NCBI GenBank assembly: GCA_964057225.1
Contig: OZ059896.1
Span: 15,562,001-15,626,000 of the forward strand
Source: Auanema rhodensis
Lineage: Eukaryota > Animalia > Nematoda
Reading direction: 5' to 3'
DNA length: 64,000 nt
Shown in pieces: positions 21,513-32,532 of the stretch. The notes beneath the pieces are model-generated. The model saw nothing but the letters and a program-made list of their open reading frames with translations, made no database searches and was not told the origin of the DNA. Every line of letters begins with the position of its first letter. The stretch's first letter is position 1. The position numbers and the translations under genes are program-made.

Positions 21513-21613
21513 TTTCCTTTTTCTCATATTTTCATATAGTTTATCATCTTTAGTTACCTATATGGTATACGGTTAACTAGAAATGCTTTCGTTTTCCGAG
21601 AGAACTGTTAGAC

Positions 21614-21754
21614 AGCTTTGCGCAGTGGCGATAACGTGACCAATGAGGCTTTGCCGAGGTGCGTTTATTGCTGGTTGAAAACTTTTCCCAATTACCCGCG
21701 ATATTCCCTGAAACATGGGTGATATACGCAATTTTTGAATGCCTGATAAGGCTG
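21614..21754 (+). ncRNA. U4: U4 snRNA
   Basis: array copy. Confidence 0.95.
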
Positions 21755-21883
21755 ATTAGCATATTATGGAAGATTGTTTCACGTGAAATGACGTCATTTT
21801 TCTCATGACGCGTCAATTTTCCAAACCAAATTAGAAGGAACGGTTGCACTCCATACATATTCCGAAAAGAAAGGTAAGCATTC

Positions 21884-22002
21884 GCTTACGACCATACCAC
21901 GTTGAAAGTACGCCATCCCGTTCGATCTGGCAAGTCAAGCAACGTTGGGCCCGGTTAGTACTTGGATCGGAGACGGCTTGGGAATCCCGGGTGCCGTAAG
22001 CT
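21884..22002 (+). rRNA. 5S: 5S rRNA
   Basis: array copy. Confidence 0.98.
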
Positions 22003-22103
22003 TTTCCTTTTTCTCATATTTTCATATAGTTTATCATCTTTAGTTACCTATATGGTATACGGTTAACTAGAAATGCTTTCGTTTTCCGAGACAACTGTTA
22101 GAC

Positions 22104-22244
22104 AGCTTTGCGCAGTGGCGATAACGTGACCAATGAGGCTTTGCCGAGGTGCGTTTATTGCTGGTTGAAAACTTTTCCCAATTACCCGCGATATTCCCTG
22201 AAACATGGGTGATATACGCAATTTTTGAATGCCTGATAAGGCTG
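22104..22244 (+). ncRNA. U4: U4 snRNA
   Basis: array copy. Confidence 0.95.
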
Positions 22245-22373
22245 AATAGCATGGTATAGTAGATTGTTCCACATGAAAAGACGTCATTTTTCTCATGACG
22301 CGTCAATTTTCCAAACCAAATTAGAAGGAACGGTTGCACTCCATACATATTCCGAAAAGAAAGGTAAGCATTC

Positions 22374-22492
22374 GCTTACGACCATACCACGTTGAAAGTA
22401 CGCCATCCCGTTCGATCTGGCAAGTCAAGCAACGTTGGGCCCGGTTAGTACTTGGATCGGAGACGGCTTGGGAATCCCGGGTGCCGTAAGCT
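22374..22492 (+). rRNA. 5S: 5S rRNA
   Basis: array copy. Confidence 0.98.
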
Positions 22493-22593
22493 TTTCCTTT
22501 TTCTCATATTTTCATATAGTTTATCATCTTTAGTTACCTATATGGTATACGGTTAACTAGAAATGCTTTCGTTTTCCGAGAGAACTGTTAGAC

Positions 22594-22734
22594 AGCTTTG
22601 CGCAGTGGCGATAACGTGACCAATGAGGCTTTGCCGAGGTGCGTTTATTGCTGGTTGAAAACTTTTCCCAATTACCCGCGATATTCCCTGAAACATGGGT
22701 GATATACGCAATTTTTGAATGCCTGATAAGGCTG
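22594..22734 (+). ncRNA. U4: U4 snRNA
   Basis: array copy. Confidence 0.95.
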
Positions 22735-22863
22735 ATTAGCATATTATGGAAGATTGTTTCACGTGAAATGACGTCATTTTTCTCATGACGCGTCAATTTT
22801 CCAAACCAAATTAGAAGGAACGGTTGCACTCCATACATATTCCGAAAAGAAAGGTAAGCATTC

Positions 22864-22982
22864 GCTTACGACCATACCACGTTGAAAGTACGCCATCCCG
22901 TTCGATCTGGCAAGTCAAGCAACGTTGGGCCCGGTTAGTACTTGGATCGGAGACGGCTTGGGAATCCCGGGTGCCGTAAGCT
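22864..22982 (+). rRNA. 5S: 5S rRNA
   Basis: array copy. Confidence 0.98.
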
Positions 22983-23083
22983 TTTCCTTTTTCTCATATT
23001 TTCATATAGTTTATCATCTTTAGTTACCTATATGGTATACGGTTAACTAGAAATGCTTTCGTTTTCCGAGACAACTGTTAGAC

Positions 23084-23224
23084 AGCTTTGCGCAGTGGCG
23101 ATAACGTGACCAATGAGGCTTTGCCGAGGTGCGTTTATTGCTGGTTGAAAACTTTTCCCAATTACCCGCGATATTCCCTGAAACATGGGTGATATACGCA
23201 ATTTTTGAATGCCTGATAAGGCTG
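23084..23224 (+). ncRNA. U4: U4 snRNA
   Basis: array copy. Confidence 0.95.
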
Positions 23225-23353
23225 AATAGCATGGTATAGTAGATTGTTCCACATGAAAAGACGTCATTTTTCTCATGACGCGTCAATTTTCCAAACCAAA
23301 TTAGAAGGAACGGTTGCACTCCATACATATTCCGAAAAGAAAGGTAAGCATTC

Positions 23354-23472
23354 GCTTACGACCATACCACGTTGAAAGTACGCCATCCCGTTCGATCTGG
23401 CAAGTCAAGCAACGTTGGGCCCGGTTAGTACTTGGATCGGAGACGGCTTGGGAATCCCGGGTGCCGTAAGCT
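23354..23472 (+). rRNA. 5S: 5S rRNA
   Basis: array copy. Confidence 0.98.
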
Positions 23473-23573
23473 TTTCCTTTTTCTCATATTTTCATATAGT
23501 TTATCATCTTTAGTTACCTATATGGTATACGGTTAACTAGAAATGCTTTCGTTTTCCGAGACAACTGTTAGAC

Positions 23574-23714
23574 AGCTTTGCGCAGTGGCGATAACGTGAC
23601 CAATGAGGTTTTGCCGAGGTGCGTTTATTGCTGGTTGAAAACTTTTCCCAATTACCCGCGATATTCCCTGAAGCATGGGTGATATACGCAATTTTTGAAT
23701 GCCTGATAAGGCTG
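23574..23714 (+). ncRNA. U4: U4 snRNA (two-substitution variant)
   Basis: array copy. Confidence 0.93.
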
Positions 23715-23843
23715 ATTAGCATATTATGGTAGATTGTTCCACGTGAAATGACGTCATTTTTCTCATGACGCGTCAATTTTCAAAACCAAATTAGAAGGAA
23801 CGGTTGCACTCCATACATATTCCGAAAAGAAAGGTAAGCATTC

Positions 23844-23962
23844 GCTTACGACCATACCACGTTGAAAGTACGCCATCCCGTCCGATCTGGCAAGTCAAGC
23901 AACGTTGGGCCCGGTTAGTACTTGGATCGGAGACGGCTTGGGAATCCCGGGTGCCGTAAGCT
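23844..23962 (+). rRNA. 5S: 5S rRNA (C39 type)
   Basis: array copy. Confidence 0.98.
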
Positions 23963-24063
23963 TTTCCTTTTTCTCATATTTTCATATAGTTTATCATCTT
24001 TAGTTACCTATATGGTATACGGTTAACTAGAAATGCTTTCGTTTTCCGAGACAACTGTTAGAC

Positions 24064-24204
24064 AGCTTTGCGCAGTGGCGATAACGTGACCAATGAGGCT
24101 TTGCCGAGGTGCGTTTATTGCTGGTTGAAAACTTTTCCCAATTACCCGCGATATTCCCTGAAACATGGGTGATATACGCAATTTTTGAATGCCTGATAAG
24201 GCTG
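24064..24204 (+). ncRNA. U4: U4 snRNA
   Basis: array copy. Confidence 0.95.
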
Positions 24205-24333
24205 ATTAGCATATTATGAAAGATTGTTCCACGTTAAATGACGTCATTTTTCTCATGACGCGTGAATTTTCAAAACCAAATTAGAAGGAACGGTTGCACT
24301 TCATACATATTCCGAAAAGAAAGGTAAGCATTC

Positions 24334-24452
24334 GCTTACGACCATACCACGTTGAAAGTACGCCATCCCGTCCGATCTGGCAAGTCAAGCAACGTTGGGC
24401 CCGGTTAGTACTTGGATCGGAGACGGCTTGGGAATCCCGGGTGCCGTAAGCT
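24334..24452 (+). rRNA. 5S: 5S rRNA (C39 type)
   Basis: array copy. Confidence 0.98.
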
Positions 24453-24503
24453 TTTCCTTTTTCTCATATTTTCATATAGTTTATCATCTTTAGTTACCTA
24501 TAT

Positions 24504-24869
24504 CGTTCCATTATGCTCCTACGTATATTGAACAGACCATTGTAGTCTGCTCAACTACGCGTATAGTATTCCATAAGTGTAGCGGTATGGAAACAGAGCA
24601 TAAGGATTACATAAGATAAGGAAATATATAGGTTTATTATACACAATACAATATCATTACAATACATTAACACAAGGATAAAGTAAACTACATTTACAAG
24701 ACAAAGACTAATATATAAGATTAACTAAGTTAGATGCAAACCGTCCATGGGCTTGCAAAGGGGCGAACTCCCGAATAGGGGCATGAGGGAAGGCGGTGCC
24801 ATTCCTCATTCCTCTAGTCGGTCTGGCTCTAACCCTGCAGTTACATATATAGAGTCTCCGAATGGAACG
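24504..24869 (-). repeat. Element C 3' LTR (366 bp)
   Basis: Direct repeat of 33517-33882; preceded on the minus strand by PPT-like GAAAAAGGGCA. Confidence 0.96.
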
Positions 24870-25573
24870 TGCCCTTTTTCAAAGATTGTCGCGACCTCGC
24901 GATATTTTAAACAAAAATTTGGGCTTATATGTAACTGAGTTTTAGAGTTCAATTGTTTTAGCTTCACAATAACTATAGTATGATAGAGTTTTAGTTAGTA
25001 TACAAACAAAATTACAATAATTTATAAGAAGGGTTCAATATAATATGAAGGGACGATGAATTAGAATATTATTAATTTCATAAATTAATTATCTTAATAT
25101 TCAAGCATTTCCTAATAGAGATTGTAGAATAAAGGGGCTAGTAATGAATGGGAATATGTTATTATTTTGACTAATGGTCTCAAGAAGTACTCATTTCTAA
25201 ATTGAACCGAGATTATGATTTAATAATGTGTCTCCATATGTCTCCCAGAGTGAATCCTTGATTACTAATGGAGACTACCACTTAAGATGAAATTGTGGTT
25301 GATACGCCTACCAGTGTTCATCTCATCTTATTTGGAGAGGCACATGGAGCTCGGATGGTTGTCAAAATGTCCTCTAGTCCGCATAGGATTACGGTAACTT
25401 GGAACCATTAGTCATAACATCTCCTCGTTTAGAATTTGCCTTATTTTTCCTTTCTCAATCTCTATTAAATGCTATTTTTATTTTGAATGTTATTTAGCAT
25501 TAATTTTTTTTTTTTTTTTTAATTCATCGTTATTTTGTTACAATAATTTAAATAACGTAGCATTATCTTGTTG

Positions 25574-26656
25574 TTATTCTTCTTCATTCCTCGGAAGCCA
25601 TATTTCGTCTTCATTTTCATCTTCTGGCTCTGTATCTATGCTATCCTTGTTGTTCCTGTTGATCACTTCTATTATTTCGATGTCGCTATCTTCTTCTGCT
25701 TGACTTTCTCGAAACCTTGCGCGAGTGTTGTAAGAGATGTTTTGTGAAGCAGGAGAGAAGATTTTCAAGTTATCTTTGTGGATATCTTGTAGTTTTCCTG
25801 ATGAATTTCTGATTTGAACTTTTGATCCTTCTACGTTGATGACTTCGCATGGTCCATCATAGCTTTTCCGAAGCTTTTGGCCGATTTGGTGTGATTTTAT
25901 AGTCGTCATCACCATGTCGCCCGGTTGAATGTCTCTATGGTGTGCTCTTTGCGTTCTATCTTTCTTCTTTTTCGCATTTTCTTGATTTTTAGCTATGCGG
26001 TTCTTTATTATTTCGTCTCTCTTGTCCATATCTGGTCTTCTTTGGAGTAATTCTTCAGAAATTTCTTGAATTTTGGTGATCGTTTCTGGTAATTCAGCGT
26101 CCATTGACATTCTGCATTCTTTACCGAATAATGCAATGTATGGCGCAATCCCTGTAGTCGCGTGCTGAATATTGTTAATAGCAAAAGTGATTTTTGGTAA
26201 TACAGTATCCCAGTCACTAAGGTCCTCTTTTAAGTAGTGGGTTAATCCTTCTTCGAGGGTTCGGTGAAGTCTTTCCACTTGTCCATTTGAGTTCTTTTGG
26301 TGTGGTAGTGTTGGTTCATGTTTGATTCCAAGTTTAGTACACATTTCTTCGAACTTTTTAGATACAAAGTTTGAACCTCTATCGGTGATCAAGCGATGGG
26401 GTGGTCCAAAAATGTAAACGAAATGTCTTAGAAATCGATCAATTGTGATTTCCGTTGTTATTTGTGGTACAGCAATTGTTGTTGACCATTTTGTAAATGC
26501 GTCTTGCATGGTAATGACGTAGGTACAGTTTCTTTTTGAAGGGGGAAATGGTCCCATTACGTCCATGTGGACTCGTTCAAATGGCTTGCTTGGTATCTCA
26601 AAATGACCTATTGGTTGTACCGTCATGGAATGTGGATCTTTTTTTTCTTTGAGCAC
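25574..26656 (-). CDS. Integrase core and C-terminal domain of element C (frameshifted from the upstream polyprotein)
   Basis: HMDVMGP, ITDRGSNF, GQVERLHRTL catalytic motifs, GPY/F-like YDGPC; the HHCC finger is at the end of the upstream ORF. Confidence 0.93.
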   Translation of the reverse strand: MLKEKKDPHSMTVQPIGHFEIPSKPFERVHMDVMGPFPPSKRNCTYVITMQDAFTKWSTTIAVPQITTEITIDRFLRHFVYIFGPPHRLITDRGSNFVSKKFEEMCTKLGIKHEPTLPHQKNSNGQVERLHRTLEEGLTHYLKEDLSDWDTVLPKITFAINNIQHATTGIAPYIALFGKECRMSMDAELPETITKIQEISEELLQRRPDMDKRDEIIKNRIAKNQENAKKKKDRTQRAHHRDIQPGDMVMTTIKSHQIGQKLRKSYDGPCEVINVEGSKVQIRNSSGKLQDIHKDNLKIFSPASQNISYNTRARFRESQAEEDSDIEIIEVINRNNKDSIDTEPEDENEDEIWLPRNEEE

Positions 26657-29600
26657 ATTTAATGCAGTTCTTGATGAATATAGTAATGTCGTTCTGCATA
26701 TTTGTCCAATAGAATCTTCTTAGAATTGCTTCTTTTGTTTTAATAATTCCTTGATGTGCTGCAATTGTAGGATCCTCATGAAAAACTTTGATTATTTCCT
26801 CAATTATGGGGTGTTCTTGTGGTATTACGATAGCGGGTTGTGGCTTTTTGTCTGTTGGTTTTGTATAGAGCAAGTCATTTATGACACAATATCTGTCATT
26901 AGCTGTCATGTTCTTTTGTGCTCTATATTCAATCTCCGCTATCGTCCGTTTAATCCAAGGGGTGCTTAGTTGAATTTCCTTTATTGTTGGTGTATTTATG
27001 GCGTTAATGTGAATTTCTTCCATTTTCTTCTTCTTTGTTTCCGGCTTAGCATCGTTAGCTTCTTCACCTATATATCGAGATAGAGCATCGCATACTTTAT
27101 TTAATTGGCCTGCGCGATATTTTATTTCAATATCATATTCTTGGATGACCAGCTGGAACTTCGCAAGACGACCAAATAAGTCTCTGCGTGTCATTAAGCT
27201 GGTAAGAGGTCGATGGTCCGTAATACATATAGTATGAGTTCCAAGAATGTATGTACGGAATTGATTTAATGCATATACAAGGCCTAATGCTTCTATCTCG
27301 ATTGGTGCGTAGTTACGTTCGGCTTTAACTAGTTTTCTGCTTGCAAATGCGATAGGGTGTAGATTTTTCAGAGGTTGTTTTGGATCTTCCGGTTGTAATA
27401 ATACAGCACCTATGGCGATGTTACTACCGTCGCTTTCAACTATAAACAAGCGGTCCGATTTAGGTGGGCTTAAAACGGGTGCCTGTATTAAACTTCTTTT
27501 AAGGAGGTCTAAAGCTTCTTGATGTTTGTTTTCCCATTTGAATTCAGTATCTGCCTTTGTCAGATCGTATAAAGGGCTTGCGATACGTGCAAAATCTTTC
27601 ATGAATTTGCGAAAGAATCCAACCATTCCCAAGAATGCTCGTACACCTGTTGCATTCTTTGGTGCCGGATAATCTTGTATGGCGGCGACTTTTTGAGGGT
27701 CAGGTTTTATACCTTGACGTCCTACAATAAGTCCTAGAAATTTCACTTCTGGTTGAGCAAAAGCGCATTTCTTAAGCTTTATCTTCATTCCCAATTCTTC
27801 TACTGCTTGCAGTAAATCATCGATATCTTTGAGATGTTGTTCTCTTGTATCAGATATAACTAATAGATCGTCCAAATAAACAAATAGTTTACAAGAACAT
27901 TTACTTTGCAAATACCTTACTGCTGTTTGAAAGGTATGAGGGGCTCCACAAAGGCCCATCGGCATCCGTTTGTACTGGTATGTGCCGGATGTGGTCGTAA
28001 ATGCTGTTAGTGGTCGATCTGATTTTCTCAAGGATATTTGAAAAAATCCTGACACTAAATCGAAGTTTGAGAAAAATTGGGCGCCTGCTGCCAAATCAAC
28101 TATGTCAGAAATGCTTGGAATGACATAAGTTTGCTTGCGTGTGACATTATTTAAAGCTCGAAAATCTGTCACAAACCTATACGTGTCATCTTTCTTCTTA
28201 ACTAGTACTACAGGGCTATTAAATAGAGATGTAGAAGGCTCTATTATGCCTTGCTCAAGCATTTCTTTGACTTGTTTTTCAATTTCTTCCTGTTTTCCTA
28301 AGGGAATACGTGTTATTCTCGGCTTTGGCATATCCATATCTGTTCTCAATGGTATGGTATGCTCTATAGGACCTTTAAATAAGCCTATTTTCCTGTCCTC
28401 GTTAAGAAATGCCTCACGATGGCTTTCAATTATTTTTGTAAGCTCATGTTTTTCTTCTTTCGTGAGATCAGCATTCTCTAGATCAAGATCTTTTATGAAG
28501 TCTCTTGGAAAATATGGTAGTTTACTCTCCCAATCGGCCTCTGGCGGAACATATGGTAGAATTGGCTTATGCTTAAAGGGTTCACAAGCCGGAATTTCTC
28601 CAATTATTGCCTGTCCGATGACTGAATTAGCTTCCATAGCTATTGTTTCATCGGTATTGTTACGGAACATAACATATACTCCACTGGTATCACGAAACGC
28701 AGTTGGATATAATGATTTTAATGCGCTTCCACTATCCCCTAAGACAACCACTTCGTTAGATTCTAGTGGTTTATCTGTCTTTATTGGGATAGGTGCCTCT
28801 TCATCAGGCTTTAATGTTTTTGTTCTTAAATTAATGATATTCACAGTTATCTCCGTATGCTTAATAGATTCGTTTCCTATTAATGGGATGGCATTGTTTC
28901 CAATCTCCAACCTCTTCTTGGATGGTTTAAGGCTGACGTCGATGTTTTCGCTGTCAAGCGCTTTCATGAAATCTAGTCCAATTAAAGCGGGAGCAGGACA
29001 GTCATGATCGTTTGAGACCAAAAAGGTGTGTTCGATCTCGTAACCGGCAATTTCAATTACAAGATTTATCTTTCCATAAAATGTGAAAGTGGACTTGTTG
29101 GCTGCCATCGCTACTAAATGTCTCTTCTTGACATTTTCGGCCATGTTCAGATATTTGAGGGTGGAGAGCCTAACATATGACACTGATGAGCCTGAATCCC
29201 ATAAAGCTAAAATCAGTTTATCTTCAACTGATATATATATTAATGGTAACTTTGTTTCCGCTGATACAATAGAAGCAACAAATGGTATTGCGATTGGAAT
29301 AAATGTTACTAAAGCAGGATAGTATTGCTTCATGATGTTATCTGGCATCTGTTGGTCTGGGCGGCTTACAAGTTCCAATGTTTCTTCATAGCTTGGGGGC
29401 TCATTATCTATTTCGTGGACATGCATTACGGTTAGTGGAGTGGCTCTGAAGAACCAAAATTTAGCAACAACGAAAAGAATTATTAATACTGCGGCAATCG
29501 TAACCATTGATCCTATGAAGATGAGTGTTCTCTCAATTGATCCTATTAGAAATTGCTTTACGCTAGTCCAGGCGGAAGTTGTGAACTCAGCTGCTTTAGA

Positions 29601-31586
29601 GATATAGTCACTGCCCTTTTTCAAAAGATTAAAGGCGGACGTAATTTTTGGATCGTTGTGAATAGTATGTAAAACATGGTTCTGTCGTATGGATGCTAAA
29701 CTTGCTCCATATGCAATAGCTGTTGACATTGAGTAAACTCTCAATGATAAATTGGTGTATAAGTTAGCGCCTGTGAACTTTAAAGGTGTTAATTGGTGGT
29801 ATTGCGCTTTATCAAAGAGTGATATTGGTTTTACTTCAACCGATCCATTTATATTTATCCATTCTCCATTTTGATAGTATACATCTGTGGGTACATGTTC
29901 GCAATCTATCTCTTTTCCATGTGTTAATAAGTCTCTTGATCCTGGAGCAGCAAAATATAATCTCTCATCTTCTGTTATTACTGGTGTTTCCAAATAGCAT
30001 GTATCATTGATCTTATGATTATGATAAACAGCTTTAGGTTGAAGAGGTAGGCATATATGAACATGAACTATATCGCTGCCTACGAAACGGGCTGCAATAT
30101 CCTCTCTTCCTAAAATAGTCCTCATTGCTATTGTAGGTTCTATGTGTAAAATAGAACGCCATAGCTCGAGGTATCTATTTTGAATCTCACATATGGATTC
30201 ATAAGATTCCATGAAATGTTTCTGTAGCTCTTCTTGTATGAGTGTTGTTGTATATTGTAGATGATCTTGAGCTATTCTGCGAGATACGTTGAGGTTGAAT
30301 TGTATTTCGTTGTTCACTTTTGACGCTGTATACGTTGCCTGAGCCTGAATTTCTCTGGTTTCTACGGGTGGAGATGATGTTCTTTGTTTCCTTAAGATTC
30401 GTGACGCCGTGTCAGTGACTGTTGCTAATGTTGTTGGCGAGAGAGTCGTAGTTATCGCGGCTGTTGTCGTCTCAACTGTGGTTGTCGTCGGAATCCGAGT
30501 CGTATGGCTTTTAGTTGTCTCCTGAACTAGTGAAGCGGGTTTGTCCGTTGTTGTCGTTAATGACAGTCTTCTAGTCAGATAAGGCGGTGTTTCAATATCC
30601 TCTAACAGTGGTAAAAATGTTTTTATAAGTAGCTGGCGTGTATCTGCGCTTGGGTTTTGAATGCGAGGGTGGGGCCCTATCGATATACCGTAGTTAGAAT
30701 CTTTATCTCGATATAATTTGTTGGTATCTGGCACATTGATTGTTAATTGTCGGAACTTTTCATCATCTACGGCTGCTGCTGTTTTATTTGGCCTTATTAC
30801 TCGCAATGTCATCAAGTTATGGTATAAGTAAAGAGTGTTTCTAAGTACTATACGCTCATCAGCATTGTCAGTTGTTAGAGTTGGTCGGATCGGCGGCATG
30901 TTCACAAAGGATTTTAAAACCTCTTGCCTTGATGGTACCGACAGATTGTTTTCAAATATTACCGGTGTATAAGCTAACTCCATCGCTATGCTTTCGGCTC
31001 TTTCACGGTAGGATCCGTCTTTTTCTAGCAGTTTTTCGTCAAATTCGTGTGCTGTTAATCTGTCACCTATCTGTTCTAATAATTGTTGTGAGGTTAAATA
31101 CCGTATAGCGCCGCGAGTGGTTGCTGCCAGTTCCTTTTGCGCAAGAAAATAAAGTATTGCTTCCTCAGGGTCGTGTATTTCGTATGTTTGAAGGAAACGT
31201 TGTATGGATTTATCAGATACGGGACTTCTTAAGAAGAAATAAAACTTCTCGGGATGTGCTGAAACCCAGTCAATAATTGAATATGAAGGGTTGACAGCTC
31301 GTCTGGCCTTTATAAGCGGTATTATCTTTGGAGTTGAAGCTGAAGTTTGAATATTGTAGTCCTGAATATAGAAATCAGGGTCCTCCTCGGTGTTGTCCGG
31401 AGGTGAATACGTGCCTTCTCGAGGAATGAAGGTTTTCTCGACTTTGGGTTTTACCTCTTGTTCAGGCTCTTCAATCTGAACACTGAGGAGTCGAGTGCGG
31501 CTTCTGGTTCGACTGGCGACTGCGATGTCGTCACTGGACTCAGAAGGGTATAGAGCAGGGACGGCCGAAGAGTATCTTCGTGCCAC
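26598..31586 (-). CDS. Polyprotein: unknown N-terminus, Thr-rich linker, gB-like glycoprotein C-half with TM, protease, RT, RNase H, integrase zinc finger
   Basis: RKQR furin-like site; LQY...ICEIQNRYLELWRSILHIEP...AARFVG...C...CY...P gB domain III/IV pattern; TM LIFIGSMVTIAAVLIILFVV; LWDSGS; YLDD; ESDGS; H...H...CIKC. Confidence 0.9.
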   Translation of the reverse strand: MARRYSSAVPALYPSESSDDIAVASRTRSRTRLLSVQIEEPEQEVKPKVEKTFIPREGTYSPPDNTEEDPDFYIQDYNIQTSASTPKIIPLIKARRAVNPSYSIIDWVSAHPEKFYFFLRSPVSDKSIQRFLQTYEIHDPEEAILYFLAQKELAATTRGAIRYLTSQQLLEQIGDRLTAHEFDEKLLEKDGSYRERAESIAMELAYTPVIFENNLSVPSRQEVLKSFVNMPPIRPTLTTDNADERIVLRNTLYLYHNLMTLRVIRPNKTAAAVDDEKFRQLTINVPDTNKLYRDKDSNYGISIGPHPRIQNPSADTRQLLIKTFLPLLEDIETPPYLTRRLSLTTTTDKPASLVQETTKSHTTRIPTTTTVETTTAAITTTLSPTTLATVTDTASRILRKQRTSSPPVETREIQAQATYTASKVNNEIQFNLNVSRRIAQDHLQYTTTLIQEELQKHFMESYESICEIQNRYLELWRSILHIEPTIAMRTILGREDIAARFVGSDIVHVHICLPLQPKAVYHNHKINDTCYLETPVITEDERLYFAAPGSRDLLTHGKEIDCEHVPTDVYYQNGEWININGSVEVKPISLFDKAQYHQLTPLKFTGANLYTNLSLRVYSMSTAIAYGASLASIRQNHVLHTIHNDPKITSAFNLLKKGSDYISKAAEFTTSAWTSVKQFLIGSIERTLIFIGSMVTIAAVLIILFVVAKFWFFRATPLTVMHVHEIDNEPPSYEETLELVSRPDQQMPDNIMKQYYPALVTFIPIAIPFVASIVSAETKLPLIYISVEDKLILALWDSGSSVSYVRLSTLKYLNMAENVKKRHLVAMAANKSTFTFYGKINLVIEIAGYEIEHTFLVSNDHDCPAPALIGLDFMKALDSENIDVSLKPSKKRLEIGNNAIPLIGNESIKHTEITVNIINLRTKTLKPDEEAPIPIKTDKPLESNEVVVLGDSGSALKSLYPTAFRDTSGVYVMFRNNTDETIAMEANSVIGQAIIGEIPACEPFKHKPILPYVPPEADWESKLPYFPRDFIKDLDLENADLTKEEKHELTKIIESHREAFLNEDRKIGLFKGPIEHTIPLRTDMDMPKPRITRIPLGKQEEIEKQVKEMLEQGIIEPSTSLFNSPVVLVKKKDDTYRFVTDFRALNNVTRKQTYVIPSISDIVDLAAGAQFFSNFDLVSGFFQISLRKSDRPLTAFTTTSGTYQYKRMPMGLCGAPHTFQTAVRYLQSKCSCKLFVYLDDLLVISDTREQHLKDIDDLLQAVEELGMKIKLKKCAFAQPEVKFLGLIVGRQGIKPDPQKVAAIQDYPAPKNATGVRAFLGMVGFFRKFMKDFARIASPLYDLTKADTEFKWENKHQEALDLLKRSLIQAPVLSPPKSDRLFIVESDGSNIAIGAVLLQPEDPKQPLKNLHPIAFASRKLVKAERNYAPIEIEALGLVYALNQFRTYILGTHTICITDHRPLTSLMTRRDLFGRLAKFQLVIQEYDIEIKYRAGQLNKVCDALSRYIGEEANDAKPETKKKKMEEIHINAINTPTIKEIQLSTPWIKRTIAEIEYRAQKNMTANDRYCVINDLLYTKPTDKKPQPAIVIPQEHPIIEEIIKVFHEDPTIAAHQGIIKTKEAILRRFYWTNMQNDITIFIKNCIKCAQRKKRSTFHDGTTNRSF

Positions 31587-31998
31587 TTTGGAATCACTCT
31601 TGGTTCGGAAAAACCGCGAGTGTTTCGTTATATGGGGGATGTTGACGTTGAATGAGTGACAAGAAATTCGGGTCGGTTATAGGAAAAGTAAGAAACGTTT
31701 GAAGATTGAGACGTGGCGTCTTTCGCCGAGAATCGTTATTAGATGAGAAAGAGTTTTAAAATCTTGGCCTGAGATCTGGCTCCGCCTATCTACCGTATTC
31801 TCTTTTCTTTATTCTATTTCACAGATGTTCATCAATTATAAATTTTTTTGGTCTTCGCTCTTTCTAGCCTCAATCTTAATACTTTACTCTAATTGAATTC
31901 TTGAAAGTATGAGAGAGATTTTCAGTCGTTTTATGTCCCCTTTTTATGCATAAGAATCTTTATATTTGTAGAGCTGAAAAAAAAAAATAAATCAAAGA

Positions 31999-32532
31999 AT
32001 GGCTTATGAAGGTCTATCGGGAATGACTTTTGTCTTGAGGAAGCTGTACGCTGACCTCGTCTTGTATGATCAAGACGAAGTGTTAGCTTATAGGCCGCAC
32101 CCAGACATAATTAAGATGGTTGGTTAAAACAAAGAAACATGTTATCTTAATAAGAATTTTTAGTTTATTGAGGATTTAAAGATGCATTATCTGGGAAGGG
32201 GATTAGTAAACTTCTCCCTAATGCAGGAAATAGCGGATGAGGTTGCAGCTATCCGGCGATGGTGCCTCACCGACTTGTGCGCGCATTGGTATGAAAACCC
32301 AAATCTGGTCGCATCCCCTTGGAATTGGTATGAGCATAAGTCTCATGATTTTTATGATTATATGTCTAAAATTTTGTTTAAAATTTATTTATTTTATGAA
32401 CAGTCTCCTATGGGCTTATTGCTAAGGACCTCTGCGGATTCGGTGTATTCGCAGTATTTAGAGCCTAGCGATGAGCCCATCTCACAGCCTATAGAATTTG
32501 TGAGACAGTTGCATTTTAAATGGGGCTTTTAA
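31999..32532 (+). CDS. Two-exon antisense accessory gene in element C (~162 aa, unknown function)
   Basis: Exon 1 31999-32118 (40 codons), 45-nt GT...TTTTTAG intron 32119-32163, exon 2 32164-32532 in frame; AATAAA at ~32549. Confidence 0.7.

Larger units (their letters stand above)
20356..24503 (+). repeat. U4-5S array, block 3 (9 5S, 8 U4)
   Basis: 490-bp period. Confidence 0.98.

Noticed and set aside
28135-29007. 290-aa + strand ORF inside element C
   Set aside because: Antisense shadow of the pol frame, non-ATG start, no motif
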